DNA from: Dickeya solani IPO 2222
GTDB taxonomy: Bacteria > Pseudomonadota > Gammaproteobacteria > Enterobacterales > Enterobacteriaceae
Assembly (NCBI RefSeq): GCF_001644705.1
Contig: NZ_CP015137.1
Coordinates: forward strand, 3,840,001-3,872,000
Direction of reading: 5' to 3'
Length of the DNA: 32,000 nt
Shown: one piece after another, positions 24,666 to 32,000 of the stretch
Layout of the letters: every line of letters starts with the position of its first letter
How positions within the stretch are numbered: the stretch's first letter is position 1
Notes under the pieces: model-generated
Told to the model about the DNA's origin: nothing
The model's input: the letters and a program-made list of their open reading frames with translations, nothing else
Databases searched by the model: none
Translations under genes and position numbers: made by a program

Positions 24666-26546
24666 TTCAAGACCGGCGCTGACACCATAATCACCTTTTC
24701 TGGCGTTACCACCAAACTGACTGGAATATTGCAACCATGTGTGCAGATTGGAGGTGATATTCAGCATAATCCCGGCATCTGCCGAGTCCCAGTTTTTCTC
24801 TGAAACCGCCCCCGACATAGAGAAAGAACCATTCATGGTGTTCAACCCGGCCGTTACCTGCGGGGCATGAGTCATGTAGTCATGATTCCTGGCGATCTCT
24901 GCGAAAGGGCTGATATCCAAACCGAATACCGACCACTGCCCCTGAGCTCGCCAGCCAAGACCGGAAACCAGTGAATTACGACGTTGCGCGGAGAACCACA
25001 TGGCGGAACTGTCATCCCCACGCTCACTGTAGCCGTATACCTTGACGAACTGGCGTTCCAGACGGGCAAAAGGGCCTGTTTTAACTGGCCCCAGATTGAA
25101 CCACCAGCCACCATCAATGCCGCCGCCCAGGTGATGTCCTTTCACTGAGCCGGACTCTCGGCGATTTGCAGGACCTATATGGAGGGTTCGATAAACATCA
25201 TCAAAGTTGGATCGACCGGTGTTGAAGAATGCGCTCAGCCAGGCGTTATCGATGTGATAGACCTCGTAAAGCGCGATGCTGTCGTCATAGAGCTTATAAC
25301 CTGCATCATCAATAGCGGCCTGTTGACTAGAAAGCGTCACCACCGCGCCTGCGTTAACGTTTTCACTAAATTTCAGGTCGCCGCCGATCGAAATAAAGCG
25401 GTTATTACCGCTGGTTGACGGGATATTGTCGGGTGAGCTGGCGTGGCTGTAATCACCGCCAAGGAATACTCGGGTCGCGCTCCCGCGTGTATCGGCCAGG
25501 ATTTCATTGCGCAGCAGCGTGTACTGCGATTGGGTGGCCGCTAATGGGCCTTTGCTCAGCAGTGAGATTTTACCGGGTGCGGCAATTTCAGATAGCACGA
25601 CACTGGCAAGCATCTTGTTGACACCCGTTGTGGGGTGAAGATTATCAGCGAAAAAATAAGTATATTCTGTTCCGCTGGTGTAATCATCCGGGGTGCAGAA
25701 AAGTGATGATATTGTATCGCAGGCGCCGCTGGTGGTGTTGATAATGCCATAGGCCGATGGGTTCGCCATTATTTCATTCAGTAGTTCATAGGTATTTACC
25801 GGAATGATATTAAGCCCATTTTTACTCAGTGCAGTAAGGCCATGATTTAAGGTCTGATTGTATTGCGTCACGACTTCTTGATATTTTTCCTGGCGGTCAT
25901 TAATCTTTGCGTCAGGCGTTGTGCTAAGGTTCGATAGATTATAAACCACAGCATATTTCGCCCCTGCATTGTACAGGCTACTCAATAATGATATTTCAGC
26001 CTCTGCCACCGGAATAATTTCAGCGGTTGCGGTATCGGGCGCCGACTCATAAAGAGCATATATATCATTGGAACCAGCCCACATTTGATAAAGTGTTGAC
26101 GCGTTGACAGTATTATCTCTCAGGTAATTGTTAACCTGAGCCTGGATAGTCGGTGAGAAAATCGTACCCAATGCGTAATTATTAAGCACACCGGCACCCC
26201 CCCAGGCATTGTTAGTTCCCCCAGAGGATGAATCTGTAGCCGACAGACCTAAACCCTCTGCTACATACATGACGGCGGTTTCTCCGGGGTTGGTTGTAAA
26301 CCTTGTAATACCAAGCCCTAAGGCCTGTGAAAGATTACCCGCGTCGCTTAAGCTATCGCCAAAAACGACCGTGCTATTGAACGTTTCCGCCTCTCCGGTC
26401 AGGGTATAAAGGAATAGGACAGTAATAGTAAGTAATACATAGGCTTTATCTCGCACACTAAATACATAAGCCAAATACCAACAGATATACAGATTAATGA
26501 CATTGACAGGATAAGGCATTTTGAAGGCTTTTCGGATCAGTGACAT
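24651..26546 (-). CDS. GDSL/SGNH esterase-lipase autotransporter (EstA/ApeE-like): passenger hydrolase plus C-terminal beta-barrel
   Basis: SGNH blocks are present: VVFGDSLSDAGN (block I, Ser nucleophile), WAGSNDIY (block III) and FADNLHPT (block V, DxxH). The C-terminal ~270 aa have alternating-hydrophobic beta-strand character and end in GVSAGLEYAFR. The start is ambiguous: ATG 26546 has AGGAG 10 nt upstream, and the alternatives are ATG 26588, ATG 26519 or GTG 26456. A spot count on 25801-25860 gives 23/60 G+C. Confidence 0.85.
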   Translation of the reverse strand: MSLIRKAFKMPYPVNVINLYICWYLAYVFSVRDKAYVLLTITVLFLYTLTGEAETFNSTVVFGDSLSDAGNLSQALGLGITRFTTNPGETAVMYVAEGLGLSATDSSSGGTNNAWGGAGVLNNYALGTIFSPTIQAQVNNYLRDNTVNASTLYQMWAGSNDIYALYESAPDTATAEIIPVAEAEISLLSSLYNAGAKYAVVYNLSNLSTTPDAKINDRQEKYQEVVTQYNQTLNHGLTALSKNGLNIIPVNTYELLNEIMANPSAYGIINTTSGACDTISSLFCTPDDYTSGTEYTYFFADNLHPTTGVNKMLASVVLSEIAAPGKISLLSKGPLAATQSQYTLLRNEILADTRGSATRVFLGGDYSHASSPDNIPSTSGNNRFISIGGDLKFSENVNAGAVVTLSSQQAAIDDAGYKLYDDSIALYEVYHIDNAWLSAFFNTGRSNFDDVYRTLHIGPANRRESGSVKGHHLGGGIDGGWWFNLGPVKTGPFARLERQFVKVYGYSERGDDSSAMWFSAQRRNSLVSGLGWRAQGQWSVFGLDISPFAEIARNHDYMTHAPQVTAGLNTMNGSFSMSGAVSEKNWDSADAGIMLNITSNLHTWLQYSSQFGGNARKGDYGVSAGLEYAFR

Positions 26547-26694
26547 AATGCTGGCACTCCTGGTATTTTGATTAAAGATAATAATCATCGCCTTTTCGTA
26601 ACTTAAATAAGTTCATAATTTACATGCTGTGATGGTAAATCAAGGTGTTTTAGTTGGGTTTGCGATTATTATTGACGCAATAAGAAATAAATTC

Positions 26695-26710
26695 ATAAGA
26701 CATGTCTTAT
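26695..26710. promoter_or_regulatory. Perfect 16-bp palindrome upstream of the autotransporter gene
   Basis: ATAAGACATGTCTTAT equals its own reverse complement. It lies ~150 bp upstream of ATG 26546. A related half-site occurs in GAGATATGTCTC at 26723-26734. Confidence 0.3.
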
Positions 26711-26910
26711 ATGTGGATTTATGAGATATGTCTCAGGTGGTGGTATATTCCAGATGTTATGGTTTTTATGTGTTTTATTTTTTTTCGTTAGTGCCCTGGG
26801 GAATTACTGCTAAATTAAGTAATTCAGCAGGTCTAAATTATCCCGGTTCATATTGTGTTGGCGATATTCGATTATTTAAATCGTGTCGACATCTTATCTG
26901 CGCGTTCGTC

Positions 26911-27816
26911 TCAGGATTCCAGGCAGTTGGAAAGCTCCGCGGCGAGTACATCTATCGCCAGTCTGCAGCGTAAGGGCAGGTGCTGCGCCGCAGGCCAGAC
27001 GGCGTAGCATTCCATAACCGCGCCCGGACGGTCGCCCCAGATTTCGACCAGCTCGCCGCGTTGTATCCGTTCCCTGATGAGCCAGTGAGGAAGCCAGGCA
27101 ATCCCCATCCCTTCGACGGCGGCATCCGCGATGACTTCAAGATCATTGGAGTGTATCCGTGAACGGACCTGAATATCGACCAGTTCGCCTGTCGAGTCCG
27201 GCAGCCGCCAGGGCATGCCGTTATCCTTTCGCCAGTAGGCGAGCAGGTCGTGATCCGATAAGTCTTCGAGCGAACGCGGTTCGTTTTTCGCGGCCAGATA
27301 AGCCGGAGCTGCGCAGAGAACCTTGCGCTGGCTAACCAGCCGGCGGGCGCGTAGTGACGATTCGTTGCCCAACGTACCGTTGCGCAGCGCAAGGTCGAAT
27401 CCGTCCGCAATGAGGTCGACATAGCGGTCGCTAAAATTCAGCTCGAGTTCGAGCCTGGGGTGCTGGCGCGCGTAGTTCCGCAGGATCGGCGCCACGCAAT
27501 AACGCCCGAACAGAACCGGGAGCGAAACCCGTAGTTTGCCAGCCACTTCCCGGCGCCCTGACTCCAGAAGCGCTTCACCGGCCCGCAGTTCGTCAATGGC
27601 GCGAATACACCGTTCGTAATACTGCTGCCCATCTTCTGTCAGGCTCTGGGTCCTCGTGGTTCGTTGAAACAGTTGGACGCCAAGCCTTTCCTCAAGACGC
27701 GCAATCGCCTTACCCACTGCCGAGCGCGTCAGCGAAAGCCGTTCACCGGCTTTTGCGAAGCCGCCCGCTTCCACAACCTCGACGAACAGTTGCACGCCAT
27801 CGAATCTATTTAGCAT
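26911..27816 (-). CDS. LysR-family transcriptional regulator
   Basis: 301 aa from ATG 27816 (GAGGGG upstream; the ORF-track start is at 27852). The N-terminal wHTH is FVEVVEAGGFAKAGERLSLTRSAVGKAIARLEERLGVQLFQRTTR, followed by a LysR substrate-binding domain. It is divergent from the 28217-32000 operon. Confidence 0.85.
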   Translation of the reverse strand: MLNRFDGVQLFVEVVEAGGFAKAGERLSLTRSAVGKAIARLEERLGVQLFQRTTRTQSLTEDGQQYYERCIRAIDELRAGEALLESGRREVAGKLRVSLPVLFGRYCVAPILRNYARQHPRLELELNFSDRYVDLIADGFDLALRNGTLGNESSLRARRLVSQRKVLCAAPAYLAAKNEPRSLEDLSDHDLLAYWRKDNGMPWRLPDSTGELVDIQVRSRIHSNDLEVIADAAVEGMGIAWLPHWLIRERIQRGELVEIWGDRPGAVMECYAVWPAAQHLPLRCRLAIDVLAAELSNCLES

Positions 27817-27854
27817 GTAATTCCCCTCGGTTTGTAGAAGTTTAGGAAGCATTA

Positions 27855-27872
27855 AGTGGAATTTAATCCACT
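27855..27872. promoter_or_regulatory. Dyad AGTGGA-N6-TCCACT, candidate LysR-type regulator binding / autoregulation site
   Basis: AGTGGAatttaaTCCACT has perfect 6-bp arms and an AT-rich centre. It lies 39 bp upstream of the LysR ATG. Confidence 0.4.
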
Positions 27873-27976
27873 AATCGTGATTCTAATTCTACTTTATAGT
27901 GCCTGAAGGACAAACAAAAGTTCGTGGTGACAGTTTGTAGCGACAGAGGGAGTGGGTGATGCAACGACTCGTCAAG

Positions 27977-28061
27977 CAACGCTGATGAGCAGCCAACGCT
28001 GATGAACAACCAACGCTCATGAACAGCCAACATTCATGAACAGCCAACAACGCAAGACACA
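27977..28061. repeat. 17-bp tandem repeat (4 good units plus 1 degenerate) in the LysR/operon divergent intergenic region
   Basis: caacgctgatgagcagc / caacgctgatgaacaac / caacgctcatgaacagc / caacattcatgaacagc / caacaacgcaagacaca. A 15-nt degenerate unit (caacgactcgtcaag, 27962-27976) precedes them. The unit length is not a multiple of 3 and no ORF covers the array. Confidence 0.9.
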
Positions 28062-28216
28062 ACCGATGTTAATTTCGATCGTTTATGACCGCGAATAGGG
28101 TCACACCGTCTGGCAGCGATCTGAAGACCGCACAATACTTTGGTCGCCGTGTGGCGAAAATCACCGGCCGATTTCATTACGCCTGACCCATGCTATCCCC
28201 GAACAGGAGACTGACT

Positions 28217-28516
28217 ATGAAACTGCTCTGCCTTGATATCCCCCAGCCCGATGCAACCCTGGCGCAGTACGAACCCTATATGCTGGATGAAGTCCGGCAC
28301 GGCTGGGAATTGTACAAAAGCGGCCTGGTTCGCGACATTTACTTCCGACAGGATCGCCCGGGCGTTGCCATTATCGCCGAGTGCGAGTCTGTCGAGGCCG
28401 CGAAGACGGCGCTGGCCGAGTTTCCGCTCGCCAAAGCCGGGTTAATTGGCTGGGATATCATCCCGCTTGGCCCCTTTACGAACTGGGAAGCGCTGTTTGC
28501 CCGGGATAACGCCTGA
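28217..28516 (+). CDS. Small muconolactone-isomerase-like (dimeric alpha/beta-barrel) family protein
   Basis: 99 aa from ATG 28217 (AGGAGA 6 nt upstream). The pattern ...GLVRDIYFRQDRPGVAIIAECESVEAAKTALAEFPLAKAGLIGWDIIPLGPF resembles the MIase-family core (G..R.WR....G..F...S.E.....L...PL.....EV.PL). The functional call is tentative. Confidence 0.55.
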   Translation: MKLLCLDIPQPDATLAQYEPYMLDEVRHGWELYKSGLVRDIYFRQDRPGVAIIAECESVEAAKTALAEFPLAKAGLIGWDIIPLGPFTNWEALFARDNA

Positions 28517-28604
28517 GCGCCGAATTTGCTATTCCAGTCTCGCCCTGTCTCGCGCCGCGTTGCCGGAGCGGCGGCATCTGGCGAAAGATGAAAGAGGACC
28601 ATTC

Positions 28605-29654
28605 ATGAATGTATTAGGTTTTGCCGCACAATCGGCTGTCAGCCCGCTCGAAAAATTCGCCTTCACGCGACGCGCTCCGCAAGCGGATGATGTGGTTATT
28701 GATATTCTGTATTGCGGCGTCTGCCACACCGACCTGCACCTTGCCCGCAATCATGGCGGATTCTCGACCTATCCCATCGTGCCTGGACACGAAATTATCG
28801 GTCGGGTGCGGCAGGTCGGTCATCAGGTCACCCGTTTCCGCGTGGGCGATAGGGTCGGCGTCGGCTGCATGGTCGATTCCTGTCAGCACTGCGAGCCCTG
28901 CCAGCAGGGCTGGGAGCAGGACTGTATTGAAGGCGCCACATTCACCTACAACAGTACCGACAGGCATGATGGCAGCGTGACCTATGGCGGCTATTCTGAT
29001 TCCATCGTGGTTCGCGACAAATTCGTTCTGTCTCTGCCTGATAGCCTCGACCCAGCCGGCGCCGCGCCGCTCCTGTGCGCAGGTATCACCACCTGGTCGC
29101 CTTTGCGCCGCTGGAACGTAGGCAAAGCCAGCAAGGTTGCGGTGATCGGTCTCGGCGGGCTGGGACATATGGCGTTGAAACTGGCCAAAGCGCTGGGTGC
29201 CGATGTCACGCTGTTCACACGATCCGCCGGCAAGGAGGAAGATGCCTTCCGCCTTGGCGCCGATCATGTCGTGCTATCGAGTGAGCCGGAGCAGATGAAG
29301 GCTGTCGCGGGCCGTTTCGACGTCATCATCGACACGGTTCCCTACGACCACGATATCAATCCTTACATGCCGACCCTGACGCTGGAAGGCGTACTGGTGC
29401 TCGTGGGTTACATGGCGCCCCTGAGTACCCCTGTGAACGCCGGCTTATTGGTGCGGGGCCGTCGCGCGGTATCGGGGTCGTTCATTGGCGGGGTGCCGGA
29501 AACCCAGCAAATGCTCGATTTCTGCGGCGAGCACGGCATTGTCTCCGATGTCGAAATCATCCCCATCCAGAACATTAACGACGCTTATGAGCGCATGTTG
29601 AAGAGCGACGTCAAGTATCGCTTTGTCATCGACATGGCGTCGCTCAAAGCATGA
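28605..29654 (+). CDS. NADP-dependent zinc alcohol/aldehyde dehydrogenase, YahK / cinnamyl-alcohol-dehydrogenase type
   Basis: 349 aa from ATG 28605 (AGAGGA 7 nt upstream). Catalytic Zn motifs are CGVCHTDLH and GHEIIG. The structural Zn motif is CQHCEPCQQGWEQDC. The cofactor loop is GLGGLGH. Confidence 0.9.
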   Translation: MNVLGFAAQSAVSPLEKFAFTRRAPQADDVVIDILYCGVCHTDLHLARNHGGFSTYPIVPGHEIIGRVRQVGHQVTRFRVGDRVGVGCMVDSCQHCEPCQQGWEQDCIEGATFTYNSTDRHDGSVTYGGYSDSIVVRDKFVLSLPDSLDPAGAAPLLCAGITTWSPLRRWNVGKASKVAVIGLGGLGHMALKLAKALGADVTLFTRSAGKEEDAFRLGADHVVLSSEPEQMKAVAGRFDVIIDTVPYDHDINPYMPTLTLEGVLVLVGYMAPLSTPVNAGLLVRGRRAVSGSFIGGVPETQQMLDFCGEHGIVSDVEIIPIQNINDAYERMLKSDVKYRFVIDMASLKA

Positions 29655-29665
29655 GGAACCCAGAC

Positions 29666-30355
29666 ATGAGCGGTACTATCAAACCCATTCTTTGCGTTGT
29701 GACCAGCCACCCAATCCGGGGCGACAGCGGTGAACCCACCGGATTTGCGCTGGTTGAGCTGACTCATCCGCTTGACGTGTTCGAAAAAGCCGGTATTCCG
29801 GTGGAGATCGCCTCAATCCGCGGCGGCCACCCGCCGATTGACTTCTTCGACCTTTCCGATCCGGTTAATGCTCGCTTCTGGCAAGACACGGCCTTTCGTG
29901 ACGCGCTGGCGCACTCACTGGTGCTTGGCGAGCTGGACCCGTCCCGCTATTCAGCGGTCTTCTTTGCCGGTGGTCATGGCACGATGTGGGATTTTGCCGA
30001 CAGCCCGGCCGTACAAACCATCATTCGGGACATCTGGGAAGCCGGCGGTATCGTTTCTGCCGTCTGCCACGGCCCCGCTGCTCTGGTGAACGCCACACTG
30101 TCAGACGGCACCTACCTCGTTGCGGGCAAGAACGTCGCCGCCTTTACGGACGATGAAGAAGCCGCGGTCGGGTACAGCGCGGTGGTGCCTTATCTGCTGG
30201 CGAGCACCCTTAAACAGCGCGGCGCGCTGCATCAGCCCGCGCCAGACTGGGCCGAAAACGTGGTAACGGATGGTCGGCTGGTAACCGGTCAAAATCCGGC
30301 ATCGGCGCATGGCGTCGGCGTGGCGGTCGTCAACCAGCTCAAGGCAACAGTTTGA
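29666..30355 (+). CDS. DJ-1/PfpI (class I glutamine amidotransferase-like) family protein
   Basis: 229 aa from ATG 29666 (GAGGAA 7 nt upstream). The alternative ATG 29651 overlaps the ADH stop. The nucleophile-elbow motif is SAVCHGPAAL, and FFAGGHG is typical of the family. Confidence 0.85.
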   Translation: MSGTIKPILCVVTSHPIRGDSGEPTGFALVELTHPLDVFEKAGIPVEIASIRGGHPPIDFFDLSDPVNARFWQDTAFRDALAHSLVLGELDPSRYSAVFFAGGHGTMWDFADSPAVQTIIRDIWEAGGIVSAVCHGPAALVNATLSDGTYLVAGKNVAAFTDDEEAAVGYSAVVPYLLASTLKQRGALHQPAPDWAENVVTDGRLVTGQNPASAHGVGVAVVNQLKATV

Positions 30356-30399
30356 CGGGGAATCTGTCGGGGAAGATGGCTGCCGGCAGGCCGCGATAA

Positions 30400-31503
<1,104 letters not shown>

Positions 31504-31567
31504 CACAACACAAGCATGGTCGGCACGTTAGTAATAAACCGGACCTCAGCTGACCTTGTTTCGAGTT

Positions 31568-31588
31568 TGTAGGCCCGCCCGGCCTACA
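31568..31588. repeat. REP-like hairpin between the AKR and CMD genes
   Basis: TGTAGGCC-cgccc-GGCCTACA, a perfect 8-bp stem. The GGCCTACA end resembles enterobacterial REP termini. Confidence 0.4.
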
Positions 31589-31614
31589 GGTCGCATCGCA
31601 TCAGGAGGGACACC

Positions 31615-32000
31615 ATGAAACGTATCGTATTGGCCGCAGCGGTCTCGCTCGTGCTGAGTGAGCCCGCGTTGGCGAAAGAGAGAACAGGAGGCACCAACAT
31701 GCCAGAAAGCGTATCGTCATTGTCGATTAGCGACATTCAATCCGTATCCCCGGCGCTTGCCCGCTACGCCCGCGAGGACGTGCTGGCGGACCTGTGGCAA
31801 AGACCACTGTTGTCGCCGCGCGACCGCAGTATTGTTACCGTCGCCACCCTGATTGCCCGCAACCAACCCGCCGAGCTCCGGCACTATGTTGGCGTGGCGC
31901 TCGATAACGGTGTGACCCCGGCCGAGATTTCCGAAATCATCACTCACCTGGCTTTCTACGCCGGCTGGCCGAATGCGATGTCTGCGATTGCCGTCACTAA
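31615..32000 (+). CDS. Carboxymuconolactone decarboxylase (CMD/AhpD-like) family protein, 3' end outside the window
   Basis: It is absent from the ORF track because it has no stop in the window. Frame 1 from ATG 31615 (AGGAGG 6 nt upstream) reads MKRIVLAAAVSLVLSEPALAKERTGGTNMPESV...LADLWQRPLLSPRDRSIVTVATLIARNQ...ALDNGVTPAEISEIITHLAFYAGWPNAMSA. That is the CMD core motif, preceded by a Sec-type signal peptide. A second in-frame ATG at 31699 also has AGGAGG 7 nt upstream. Confidence 0.75.
   Translation, partial: MKRIVLAAAVSLVLSEPALAKERTGGTNMPESVSSLSISDIQSVSPALARYAREDVLADLWQRPLLSPRDRSIVTVATLIARNQPAELRHYVGVALDNGVTPAEISEIITHLAFYAGWPNAMSAIAVT

Noticed and set aside
24468-24803. 111-aa plus-strand ORF (includes LSEYALSEYALSE)
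   Set aside because: Its 3' half is antisense to the autotransporter barrel, and its repeat simply mirrors the 15-bp tandem repeat. It has no SD and no recognisable fold.
26728-26973. 81-aa plus-strand ORF in the AT-rich spacer upstream of the autotransporter
   Set aside because: It is a low-complexity Phe/Tyr/Val-rich translation of AT-rich DNA. It overlaps the 3' end of the LysR gene and has no SD.
27962-28061. Possibility that the 17-bp repeat array is a CRISPR array or a coding repeat
   Set aside because: The units are directly abutting with no unique spacers, they are too short, and no cas genes are present. The unit length is not divisible by 3 and all frames contain stops (TGA in every unit).
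31658-31852. 64-aa ORF from the track
   Set aside because: It is out of frame with, and entirely inside, the much better supported CMD-family reading frame that starts at 31615.

Overview
Enterobacterial-type chromosome segment. It may be Pectobacteriaceae (Dickeya/Brenneria-like), but that is only an inference from GC-rich core genes and gene content.

Left half (1-17.4 kb): a complete, self-contained formate hydrogenlyase-2 / hydrogenase-4 locus. It comprises fhlA (3' part, plus strand) converging on fdhF-hydN, then hycI-hyfJIHGFEDCBA on the minus strand, and a divergent lone hypC. fdhF has Cys at the position that is selenocysteine in E. coli. Three sigma54-type promoters are recognisable, all TGGCAT-N5-NTGCTT, with shared TCGACA/TGACGA upstream hexamers and IHF-like AT tracts.

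The only foreign element inside this locus is a plus-strand, AT-richer two-gene cassette at 4.4-5.3 kb. It encodes a DUF4160 protein and a DUF2442 protein fused to an antitoxin-type HTH, preceded by a perfect palindrome. This toxin-antitoxin-like architecture is my best candidate for an undescribed system.

Right half: housekeeping genes (ytfF-like EamA transporter, cbl, gltP) followed by a compositional mosaic. The mosaic contains an AT-rich ydcF-like gene plus a Gfo/Idh/MocA oxidoreductase, GC-rich yghU, an AT-rich GDSL-esterase autotransporter, and a LysR regulator. The regulator is divergent from a five-gene operon of carbonyl/quinone-detoxification type: muconolactone-isomerase-like protein, YahK-type alcohol dehydrogenase, DJ-1/PfpI, aldo-keto reductase, and a CMD/AhpD-like protein cut by the window end.

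Four independent 15-17 bp tandem repeats occur at gene ends or in a promoter region. I recognised no rRNA, tRNA, CRISPR array, transposase or integrase. All homology statements come from reading the translations against remembered family sequences and motifs; no database search was possible.
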